A DNA stretch of 49,455 bases from Candidatus Levybacteria bacterium RBG_16_35_11 (GCA_001781995.1 MFNH01000063.1:1-49455); one strand, 5' to 3'. Shown: positions 18,258-25,943, counted from the stretch's first letter. The notes: generated by a model from the sequence alone, not told the origin. A program made the numbers and translations.

Positions 18258-18821
18258 TCACACCTGCATTAACTCTTCTTTTTTTCTCTCTCCTAGGCTG
18301 TCGATTATGCCAATTGTTTCATCCGTTATTTTCTGGACTTCTTTCTCCAAAGCGATTCTTTCGTCTTCGGAGATATTTTTCTCCGTTTCCGCTTTTTTAA
18401 TCTCCTGCATTGCCTCATGGCGAATTTGTCTAACCTGAATCCTTCCTCCTTCAAGCTTTTGATTAAGTAAATGCACTAATTCTTCTCTTCTTTCCTGGGA
18501 AAGTGGAGGGATAGAAACTCTAATAACCGAACCGTCTATAACAGGAGTTAATCCGACATTTGCGACCTCTATTCCTTTTCTAATCTCTCCAACTATTGAT
18601 ACATCAAAGGGGGTAATTAAAATGGTTTGCGGATCCGATGTAGCTATGCTTGCGAGCTCTATTACCTTTAACTTTGCAGTTCCTCCGTATGCGGTAACCA
18701 CAATATTTTCAACCAAAGAGGGAGCTGCCCTACCGGTCCTTATTGTTGAAAGATCCGATTTTAAAATTTCCGGCACTTTTTGCATTTTTTGCCTGATATT
18801 ATTTATTAAGTTTGGGTCCAT
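18258..18821 (-). CDS. frr: ribosome recycling factor
   Basis: LS.IRTGRA.PSL...I.V.AYG, then a coiled C-terminus. The ATG at 18821 lies 1 nt after the tsf stop. The track start is an upstream TTG. Confidence 0.9.
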   Translation of the reverse strand: MDPNLINNIRQKMQKVPEILKSDLSTIRTGRAAPSLVENIVVTAYGGTAKLKVIELASIATSDPQTILITPFDVSIVGEIRKGIEVANVGLTPVIDGSVIRVSIPPLSQERREELVHLLNQKLEGGRIQVRQIRHEAMQEIKKAETEKNISEDERIALEKEVQKITDETIGIIDSLGERKKEELMQV

Positions 18822-18822
18822 A

Positions 18823-19278
18823 TTAAATTTCAAATCTTACTATTTTTCTAACTATAATGTTCTCCCCTAATTTTCCGATAGTCCCCTTTACCAACTCATT
18901 AATTGTCACAGAGTTATCTCTAATATACTCCTGTTTTAAAAGTGTTGGGATATCTTTAGGGTTCATTGCACAAACTTGCATTGCAATTTCATGGGCAAGG
19001 TTTTTAAATTCGTCTGTCCTTGCGACAAAGTCGGTCTCAGATAAAATCTCTATCATGGACCCGACCTTTCCGTTTTGGTGGATATAGCATTCGACAAGTC
19101 CAAGGGATGTTTTTCGATCCTGCTTTTTTTCCGCTTTTTCTATTCCCCTTTTCTTAAGCCACAAAAGAGCCTTCTTATAATCGCCTTTTGATTCCTCTAA
19201 GGCAACCCTACAATCGGCTATACTTGCCGATGTCTCATTTCGTAGTTTTTTTAGATCTTCCAGATTTACTTTTAGCAT
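18823..19278 (-). CDS. tsf: elongation factor Ts (short form, 151 aa)
   Basis: N-terminal UBA-like LKKLRNETSASIADCR.AL.E. rpsB-tsf-frr synteny. Confidence 0.85.
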   Translation of the reverse strand: MLKVNLEDLKKLRNETSASIADCRVALEESKGDYKKALLWLKKRGIEKAEKKQDRKTSLGLVECYIHQNGKVGSMIEILSETDFVARTDEFKNLAHEIAMQVCAMNPKDIPTLLKQEYIRDNSVTINELVKGTIGKLGENIIVRKIVRFEI

Positions 19279-20092
19279 TTTCCTCCTTTTTTTCGGTTTT
19301 TTTGACCTTTGTTTCTTTTTTTACTTTTTCGGTTGTCTCTTTTTTTATTTCTTTTTCTGATTTTGCATACTCAACCCTTCCTTCTATCCATGCATCTATT
19401 ATATAGGAAGTTATAAGTTTTATGGAACCAACCGCGTCGTCGTTTGCGGGGATTGGGTAATCAATTAATTGCGGATCTGCATTTGTATCGACAATTGCTA
19501 CTGTTAAAACACCCATCCTATTTGCTTCTCTAACAGCCAAGTCTTCTAAGTGGGAATCAATAATAAACAAGGCATCCGGCGTTTTTTCCATATTTAAAAT
19601 TCCTCCATAAAGAGATTCTAGTCTTTGTCTTTCCCTGTCCCACAGACCTACTTCTTTTTTAGTATAACCTTCCTGAAGTTTTTCGTTTGTAACTTTTTCG
19701 CTAAGGTCTTTTAGCTTTTTTAGGTTTTTCGAAATCTCCGAAAAATTTGTTAGAACTCCCCCGACCCATCTATTTGCAACGTAAAATAGACTGTTGGCTT
19801 GACCTATTCCTTCTTTTTTGAATACTTGTTTTACCCTATCAGCTTCTTCTTTTACTATTCCTTGCGCTTGTCTTTTTGTTCCAACAACCAACAAATTGCC
19901 TCCTTTGGAAGCTAATGATTTGATAAAGGCGGCGGCTTCTTCTAGTCCCTGTTTTGTTTTTACCAAGTCTATAATTTGAATATTGTCGCGTGCCTCAAAA
20001 ACAAAATCACGTGCCTTGGGGTTTGACCTTATAATCTGGTGTCCAAAGTGGCAACCTGCCTCAAGAAGTTCTTCAAGTGAAATTTCTCTCAT
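19235..20092 (-). CDS. rpsB: 30S ribosomal protein S2 with Lys-rich C-terminal tail
   Basis: LLEAG.HFGHQ..R.NP, VGTK.QA and VDTN.DP motifs. The ~45-aa K/E-rich extension overlaps the tsf start by 44 nt. Confidence 0.92.
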   Translation of the reverse strand: MREISLEELLEAGCHFGHQIIRSNPKARDFVFEARDNIQIIDLVKTKQGLEEAAAFIKSLASKGGNLLVVGTKRQAQGIVKEEADRVKQVFKKEGIGQANSLFYVANRWVGGVLTNFSEISKNLKKLKDLSEKVTNEKLQEGYTKKEVGLWDRERQRLESLYGGILNMEKTPDALFIIDSHLEDLAVREANRMGVLTVAIVDTNADPQLIDYPIPANDDAVGSIKLITSYIIDAWIEGRVEYAKSEKEIKKETTEKVKKETKVKKTEKKEENAKSKSGRSKKTTK

Positions 20093-20190
20093 AATTACGT
20101 CCTTCGTTTGCAGTTTGATGCAAACCCTCCATCCGAACCAATGATTAGTTTTGTCTATTCATCAGGACAAATCCTTCGGATGTGTAAGAT
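20093..20190 (-). promoter_or_regulatory. structured rpsB 5' leader (candidate S2 autoregulatory element)
   Basis: Long-range stem CATCCGAA(20130-20137)/TTCGGATG(20175-20182) encloses TTGTC/GACAA. Hairpin TTTGCA-6-TGCAAA (20107-20124) lies next to the AAGGA SD. Confidence 0.4.
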
Positions 20191-20196
20191 TAAGCT

Positions 20197-20225
20197 ATTA
20201 TATACTGAAAGTATCATAAGATCAA
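20197..20225 (-). promoter_or_regulatory. rpsB promoter TTGATC-17-TATAAT
   Basis: Read directly on the minus strand. Predicts a ~95-nt 5' UTR. Confidence 0.6.
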
Positions 20226-20240
20226 GAGCTTTATTTGCTA

Positions 20241-20269
20241 TTGACTAATTACTATTGACTATTTAAACT
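20241..20269 (+). promoter_or_regulatory. sigma70-type promoter, leaderless geometry (TTGACT-17-TAAACT, 7 nt to ATG 20277)
   Basis: Read directly. Same box sequence upstream of the next two genes. Confidence 0.6.
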
Positions 20270-20276
20270 AAACTTG

Positions 20277-20906
20277 ATGGCTAAGTCAAAAGGTAGATCC
20301 CGGGGTAGTCTACGAAGAAAGCTTTCTATAATTGCTTTTGTTGCAATAATAATTGCTATTCCCCTAACCGTTGTCATATCCCAACAGCAACAAGAAACTC
20401 GACAACAAGCGGCAGGAACAGAATGTATTTATGCCTTTAGAACCCTTTCCATTTGTAACTCTTACTGCTCCAGTCAGTCGGGTAAAACATGCCTGCAAAG
20501 TTTAAGTAGAAGATGGGGATGTTGTTCTCGCACAATATCGCCAACGCCTGCACCCACTATCGGGACTCCTCTTAATTGGTGTTCCCTTTGTAGTGATACA
20601 TACAAATTTTGTCGGATTTCATGGCAAGGTAATCAGACTTGCACTGACAACCAAAATGCGAAATATACGTTAGACTGCAGCTGCACACAAGGAACAATTA
20701 ACTGCGGAGTAAAAGGAATAAATACTTCAAGTTGCAAAAGTAGTCCTACTCCATATATCCCTAAAGCCACACCAACTCCCATAATGAAAGTTAGCTGTGC
20801 TCCCGCTGAAAACCAAGCTCAAGCTGCAAGTTGGGCAAAATTATGCGTGGGGGGAACTACAAGATATACGGGCAAAGCTTGGGAAGTATGTTGTCCTACT
20901 CGGTAG
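20277..20906 (+). CDS. secreted/anchored cysteine-rich protein with conserved IPLTV-QQQQETRQQA N-terminal motif
   Basis: Basic N-terminus, TM helix and Q-motif, then three Cys-rich modules split by P/T linkers. ATG at 20277; the track start is the preceding TTG. Confidence 0.7.
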   Translation: MAKSKGRSRGSLRRKLSIIAFVAIIIAIPLTVVISQQQQETRQQAAGTECIYAFRTLSICNSYCSSQSGKTCLQSLSRRWGCCSRTISPTPAPTIGTPLNWCSLCSDTYKFCRISWQGNQTCTDNQNAKYTLDCSCTQGTINCGVKGINTSSCKSSPTPYIPKATPTPIMKVSCAPAENQAQAASWAKLCVGGTTRYTGKAWEVCCPTR

Positions 20907-20955
20907 CTCCCTCTCGTTAATGTTAACAAATTGAACCAAGCTCCAAATAAGAGTT

Positions 20956-21050
20956 ATCAAACCTCGCAGGTTGGAACAAATTATGTAAGCAATCAAACCT
21001 CCGTGGTTAGAATATTTGACGTTAGACTACCTCCTGCGGGTAGGAGTTAG
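20956..21050. repeat. three degenerate ~32-36-nt intergenic units, each with a short GC-cored hairpin followed by (G/A)GAA(C/T)A(A/T)(A/T)T
   Basis: AACCT-cgc-AGGTT (20960-20972), AACC-tccgt-GGTT (20996-21008), CTACC-tcctgcg-GGTAG (21027-21043). Confidence 0.4.
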
Positions 21051-21087
21051 AATTTCTTGAACTTGAATTTCTACTGACTGAAATTGC

Positions 21088-21330
21088 CCTTGACTAATTA
21101 CTATTTACTAATCTAAACTAAACTTAATGGACGAGAATCCTGTTGTGGGACCAGTTAATCCGGAATCTACAGCGCCAGTTGAAGAAAAAAGATCTCTTTG
21201 GCAGGTTATTTTATCCTCCCGCTCCAAAACCTTCGGAATCCTTGCAATAATAGTTGTAATTGCCGCAATCCCCTTAACCGTAATTATTTCTCAGCAACAA
21301 CAGGAAACAAGACAACAAGCCGCGGATTGC
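21088..21330 (+). repeat. 5' module (promoter + first ~66 codons), near-identical copy at 22749-22992
   Basis: Direct comparison shows only scattered substitutions. The encoded peptides differ at a handful of positions. Confidence 0.85.
21090..21119 (+). promoter_or_regulatory. promoter TTGACT-18-TAAACT, 7 nt to ATG 21127
   Basis: Read directly. Near-identical to 22751-22780. Confidence 0.6.
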
Positions 21331-22728
21331 TGGCCTGATGGAGCTCTTTGTGGCGGCGATGCAAGTCCTTGCTGTGGCAGTTGTATTAATCTCCATTGTA
21401 GTGGGGGATCAACAGCAACAACAACCACTAAAGGAGTGATAGAAACAGGTCCAAATACTAAAACAACAACTACAACTGCACCCGGAACGGGTGGTCCTCC
21501 CGGCACGATTAGCCCGGGGGAAGGACATTTTGCATGCAACACTAGTAATTTCACGTGTTACCCTGTTTCTAATAATATAGGATACGAAAGTTTATTGGAT
21601 TGTCTAGGTTCCTGTTCTAAATTGGGTACATCAACTACTACTAAGCCAAGGGAAAGCCCAATTAGCACAACAACTACCACAACTGCTACTAAGACACATT
21701 TTGCTTGCAACAGTAGCAAAAAGTGTGTACTTGTTTCCGGCGGCGGAGTGGATCTGTGCACAAACGATTATTCATGCACTCAGACAACAACCACCATATC
21801 TGGATCAACACATACCATTTGTTCTAACGAACTATGCATAGCTGTTGCCGGCGCAGGAACAAGTCAGTGTGCGAACAAAAGTGAATGCCCATGCTTATCC
21901 GGAAGTAGAGTTTGGTATCAGATGGTAAATGGGGTCTGCGTACGAGGAGATGATCGATGCTTATATAGCACCTGTACGCCAATTTCAACAACCACATCCA
22001 CTACGAGTACAACAACCACATCCACCATTCCAAGTTCAACAACCACAACCATTGCTGCTACCACAACCACAAGGGCTGGAACAACCACCTCAACAACCGG
22101 AGGAGGAACTACGACCACAACCGGCGGAGGTTCAACTACTACTACCCAACCACCCGGCAATATGATACTTGCCTTTAATGTTGGACTTGATGGAATAGGA
22201 GCTGCTGGAGATCACAAACTCCCTTGTACATCTTTAGCAACATGCGCTTCTAACAAAAATCCAAGAATAACTGCGCGAGATCTTAATATTACAGTCTTAG
22301 ACCAAAGCAAGGTAGATAAGACTCCGAATCTAAAAATAACCGTAAATTACGATAGCACAACAGGCACCTTTAAGGGAAATGCCTCTGCTAACCTGACTCC
22401 CGGAAGCTACACCATAAAAGTTAAATCTCCGGGTCTTTTAAGAAAAACCTTGGTCAGTATCCAAAATCTTGTTGTCGGAACTAATCAAATTCCCTCTGCT
22501 AACTTAACAGTTGGAGATATTAACACTCAAGGAGATTCAAATAATGCCTTAGATATTCTTGACTATAATGTTTTGATAAGCTGTTCAATCTATAGTAACG
22601 ACAACAAAGTACTTTGCAATAGTGTTGCCGATTACAAGACCTTATCGGATCTTAATGATAATGGGGCAGTTGACGAAATCGATTACAACCTGTTCTTAAG
22701 AGAATATTCTGTCCAAAACGGAGACTAG
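21127..22728 (+). CDS. modular surface protein: Q-motif signal anchor, knottin-like module, three 4-Cys modules, Thr-rich linkers, beta-sandwich domain, C-terminal dockerin
   Basis: 533 aa. C-6-C-6-CC-2-C-4-C module at 21328-21399. The C-terminus GDINTQGDSNNALDILDYNVLIS...SDLNDNGAVDEIDYNLFLREY is a dockerin-type duplicated Ca-loop/helix. Confidence 0.75.
   Translation: MDENPVVGPVNPESTAPVEEKRSLWQVILSSRSKTFGILAIIVVIAAIPLTVIISQQQQETRQQAADCWPDGALCGGDASPCCGSCINLHCSGGSTATTTTKGVIETGPNTKTTTTTAPGTGGPPGTISPGEGHFACNTSNFTCYPVSNNIGYESLLDCLGSCSKLGTSTTTKPRESPISTTTTTTATKTHFACNSSKKCVLVSGGGVDLCTNDYSCTQTTTTISGSTHTICSNELCIAVAGAGTSQCANKSECPCLSGSRVWYQMVNGVCVRGDDRCLYSTCTPISTTTSTTSTTTTSTIPSSTTTTIAATTTTRAGTTTSTTGGGTTTTTGGGSTTTTQPPGNMILAFNVGLDGIGAAGDHKLPCTSLATCASNKNPRITARDLNITVLDQSKVDKTPNLKITVNYDSTTGTFKGNASANLTPGSYTIKVKSPGLLRKTLVSIQNLVVGTNQIPSANLTVGDINTQGDSNNALDILDYNVLISCSIYSNDNKVLCNSVADYKTLSDLNDNGAVDEIDYNLFLREYSVQNGD
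22156..22728 (+). repeat. 3' module (beta-sandwich + dockerin, ~190 codons), paralogous copy at 24267-24836
   Basis: Includes an identical 38-nt run atgatacttgcctttaatgttggacttgatggaatagg in both copies. Confidence 0.85.
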
Positions 22729-22750
22729 CAAAAAATAAGATTGGGCCCTC

Positions 22751-22780
22751 TTGACTATTATCTAAAAACTAATCTAAACT
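22751..22780 (+). promoter_or_regulatory. promoter TTGACT-18-TAAACT, 7 nt to ATG 22788
   Basis: Read directly. Confidence 0.6.
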
Positions 22781-22787
22781 AAACTTA

Positions 22788-24836
22788 ATGGATGAGAATC
22801 CTGTTGTGGGACCAGTTAATCCGGAATCTACAGCGCCAGTTAGAGAAAAAAGATCTCTTTGGCAGGTTATTTTGTCCTCCCGCTCCAAAACTTTCGGAAT
22901 CCTTGCCATCATTGTTGTAATTGCCGCAATCCCCTTAACGGTTATTGTTTCCCAACAACAGCAAGAAATACGGCAAAGGGCGGAAGGACCTTCTTGTCTA
23001 ATTGGCGGTGAAAGATGTGAGCAAAATGCGGCTTGTTGTTCAGGTATTTGTGATTCCAACACCAGAAGGTGTGCTGTATCCGTTCCACCGACACCGGGAC
23101 CGGGAGAATATGTTTTTTGCAGTAATACGCCGCTTAATATCCCAGATTACTCTTCTGCCTATCAGGATCTTGTTGTAACGGAAGGAGGGGCAGTAAGAGA
23201 CCTTAATCTCTTAGTTGATGCAGCCCACACTTATGTCGGAAACCTGCGTTTTACCTTACAAAGACAAACTTCGGGAGTTCCTTATCGGATGATAAATTAC
23301 AACAGAAACGGTGATGGAACTTGCTCAGGAAATAACATTAACGTATTGTTAGATGATCAGGCATCATCAACTGTTGACAATGTGTGTAATGAATCAACTC
23401 CCGCAATAAGCGGAACTCGTAGACCTAACCAACCGCTCTCAAATTTTAACAGTCAAGATCTTGCGGCAACCTGGAGATTAACGGTTTACGATAATAGGAG
23501 GGATCATGATGATAGGATTGATACAGGAATCGTTAATCGATGGTGTCTTATATTTACAAAATCGCCGGTTACCCCAACTCCAACCCCTACCCCTACTAGT
23601 GCACCAACCCCTACCCCTACTCCTACTCCATTTTGCGTTGCATTAGGAGGATCTTGTGCCATAAATACGCTTTGTTGCCAAGGACAATGTAATCCAATAA
23701 ATCAAACCTGCATGTATATTAATACAACTCCAACTCCAACCCCAACTTCAACCTATACAATCTCAGGCTATGTTTTTATAGACAGTAATGGAAATGGAAC
23801 TAAAGACAGCAGTGAGCCTTATTACACTACTGGTAAAACCGTAGCATTATTTTCGTACGCTAAGGGTAATCCAGCAGACTATTTATGGGTAGATAATGTA
23901 AGCAGCAGCTATACATTTAGTAATCAGCCTCCTGGTCAATATTCCCTAACTTTATCAAGCGTTCCATCTGACTATACAATACCAGACAATCCCCATGTAT
24001 TTACTCTCAATGGTAATTATACCCACAACTTTAGAATTGTTCCAACCACCCCTACGCCAGCTCCAGTAAACGGAGCTTGTGGAGGTTCCGCGAAAGCCTA
24101 TTCTGAATCTGAAACAACATGGCCTGATTCGACATGGCCGAATGGCTTGTGTTTGGTTGGAGATTCAAATCCAGTAAGCCCTGCTTTCCCCGCTATCGGA
24201 AGTACAACCAGTTGGACGTGCCAAGGGACAAACGGAGGAACCAATGCAAATTGTTCTGCCAGCAGAGGTAACATGATACTTGCCTTTAATGTTGGACTTG
24301 ATGGAATAGGGGCTGCTGGAGATCATCCACTCCCATGTACTTCTTTACAGACTTGTACTTCTAATAAGAACCCAAGAAGGACTGCAAGAGACCTTAATAT
24401 AACATTCCTGCAAAATAAAGATTATCAATATCCGGATCAAAAGATAACCATTACCTATGACGCAGCAACAGGAACCTTTAAGGGTAATGCCTCCGCTAAT
24501 CTCGCTCCCGGAAACTACACCATAAAGGTAAAAAGTCCAGGTTTGCTTAGGAAAACATTAATAAATATTCAGGCCCTTGTTGCGGGGACAAATCAAATTC
24601 CTTCTGGCAACCTTACAAACGGAGATATCAATACGCAAGAAGATTCAAATAATGCCTTGGATGTTCTAGACTACAATGTTCTAATAAGCTGCTGGGTTTA
24701 CAGCAACGATCACGGCACATTATGTAATAGCGTTGCCGAATACAGGACTTTATCGGATCTTAATGATAATGGAACAATTGACGAAATAGACTATAATCTA
24801 TTCTTAAGGGAATTCTCGGTTCAAAACGGAGACTAA
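22788..24836 (+). CDS. modular surface protein: Q-motif signal anchor, two knottin-like modules, proprotein-convertase P-domain-like, SdrD B-like, 4-Cys CG..LC..WTC..NGG..C module, beta-sandwich domain, dockerin
   Basis: 682 aa. P-domain-like DLNLLVDAAHTYVGNLRFTLQ...WRLTVYD. SGYVFIDSNGNGTKD (SdrD-B/Cna-like). The C-terminal ~190 aa are paralogous to the previous gene. Confidence 0.75.
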   Translation: MDENPVVGPVNPESTAPVREKRSLWQVILSSRSKTFGILAIIVVIAAIPLTVIVSQQQQEIRQRAEGPSCLIGGERCEQNAACCSGICDSNTRRCAVSVPPTPGPGEYVFCSNTPLNIPDYSSAYQDLVVTEGGAVRDLNLLVDAAHTYVGNLRFTLQRQTSGVPYRMINYNRNGDGTCSGNNINVLLDDQASSTVDNVCNESTPAISGTRRPNQPLSNFNSQDLAATWRLTVYDNRRDHDDRIDTGIVNRWCLIFTKSPVTPTPTPTPTSAPTPTPTPTPFCVALGGSCAINTLCCQGQCNPINQTCMYINTTPTPTPTSTYTISGYVFIDSNGNGTKDSSEPYYTTGKTVALFSYAKGNPADYLWVDNVSSSYTFSNQPPGQYSLTLSSVPSDYTIPDNPHVFTLNGNYTHNFRIVPTTPTPAPVNGACGGSAKAYSESETTWPDSTWPNGLCLVGDSNPVSPAFPAIGSTTSWTCQGTNGGTNANCSASRGNMILAFNVGLDGIGAAGDHPLPCTSLQTCTSNKNPRRTARDLNITFLQNKDYQYPDQKITITYDAATGTFKGNASANLAPGNYTIKVKSPGLLRKTLINIQALVAGTNQIPSGNLTNGDINTQEDSNNALDVLDYNVLISCWVYSNDHGTLCNSVAEYRTLSDLNDNGTIDEIDYNLFLREFSVQNGD

Positions 24837-24840
24837 GCTA

Positions 24841-24869
24841 TTGACTAAATGCTCTTGACTATTTACTAT
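24841..24869 (+). promoter_or_regulatory. promoter TTGACT-17-TACTAT, 6 nt to ATG 24876 (cohesin-like gene)
   Basis: Read directly. A second TTGACT at 24855-24860. Confidence 0.5.
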
Positions 24870-24875
24870 TGATAT

Positions 24876-25487
24876 ATGCCTAAAAGAACTTTGCTTTTAA
24901 TATTAGCTTTAATTATAGTTACTGTTGGACTGGTTTGGCTTTCGGTTTATACGGTTCCCCAAGAAAAAGCACCGACCGTTACAAAAAAACCCGCTGTTGT
25001 GCCTTTTGCCAAAACAACAATCACTCTTTCCTCCTCTCCAAGCGCAGTCACAAATGAATTAAATTTGTATTCTTTGGACACTCAAATATCGACGGGTGAC
25101 AACAAAATTACGGCTGTCCAGCTGGAAATATCGTACGATCCAAAAGCATTAACAAATGTAGACATTCTTCCCGGAGATTTCCTTAATGATCCTATTGTCC
25201 TTTTAAAAAATGTAGATGAAAAAAACGGTAGGATTTCTTATGCCATTGCAATTAAAATGGGACAAGCTGCGGTTTCTGGCAACGGGAGCATTGCCAAAAT
25301 TGAATTTTCTCCCCTTGAGGGATCTAATCTTACAACAACGTCTATAAATTTTCTGCCAAAAACTAAAGTTTCTGCAGAAGGGCAATCAAAATCAGTACTA
25401 AAGTCGGCTCTGGGGACTATTATAGATTTAGTTAAACTATCTCCACAAACCATCTCTTCGCCATCTTCCTTAAATACAACAGAGTAA
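24876..25487 (+). CDS. membrane-anchored cohesin-like domain protein
   Basis: 203 aa. N-terminal TM helix, then ITAVQLEISYDPKALTNVDILPGDFL...GRISYAIAI...GSIAKIEF, resembling the cohesin (PF00963-type) signature. Confidence 0.6.
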   Translation: MPKRTLLLILALIIVTVGLVWLSVYTVPQEKAPTVTKKPAVVPFAKTTITLSSSPSAVTNELNLYSLDTQISTGDNKITAVQLEISYDPKALTNVDILPGDFLNDPIVLLKNVDEKNGRISYAIAIKMGQAAVSGNGSIAKIEFSPLEGSNLTTTSINFLPKTKVSAEGQSKSVLKSALGTIIDLVKLSPQTISSPSSLNTTE

Positions 25488-25529
25488 TGTTGAAACAAAA
25501 AGAAATTACTGTATAATTCAACTAATGCT

Positions 25530-25922
25530 ATGAGTCGTCGTGTTGAACAACTTTTGAAAAACTTCGGGTATGAGGGAAATGGCGGTTATAATCAAAGGAG
25601 ATTAAAAGCAATGCGTGAATCCGCCAAGAGACTTGAGGCAAATCAAGGGCAAAAAGAGAAGAAAAAGCCTGATCAGACTATTGTGTCAAATGTTTTACCG
25701 GCAAGTGATGACGAACTTCAGGAAAGGCATAGATTGCAAGTTTTAAAATGTTTAAGTCATCTGCAAGACAGAATCTTTATTACCAGAGAGCTCAGGTATC
25801 TAGATAAACATAGGGATTTCATTCCCCCTCAGCTTTCACATATTGAAATTCCAGAAATTAGACCTATTAGGCGACGACTTTCCAATGCGGTTTTGCAAAG
25901 ACTAGGTCTAAGGCATTACTAA
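25530..25922 (+). CDS. hypothetical basic protein
   Basis: 130 aa. TTGAAA-16-TATAAT promoter 12 nt upstream. No domain recognised. Confidence 0.4.
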   Translation: MSRRVEQLLKNFGYEGNGGYNQRRLKAMRESAKRLEANQGQKEKKKPDQTIVSNVLPASDDELQERHRLQVLKCLSHLQDRIFITRELRYLDKHRDFIPPQLSHIEIPEIRPIRRRLSNAVLQRLGLRHY

Positions 25923-25943
25923 TCTTTCCAGGAATTCGAGACA

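Noticed and set aside
20945-21060. The three intergenic repeat units could be a mini CRISPR array.
   Set aside because: The units are only ~25-30 nt and degenerate. There are no uniform repeat/spacer lengths and no cas genes nearby.
21291-22165. Antisense or alternate-frame ORFs (21291-21554, 21558-21761, 21918-22160, 21929-22165), and similarly 30987-31382 and 28310-28876.
   Set aside because: They are Val/Pro-rich mirror translations of Thr-rich and Cys-repeat coding DNA. They lie inside better-supported genes and have no start signals.
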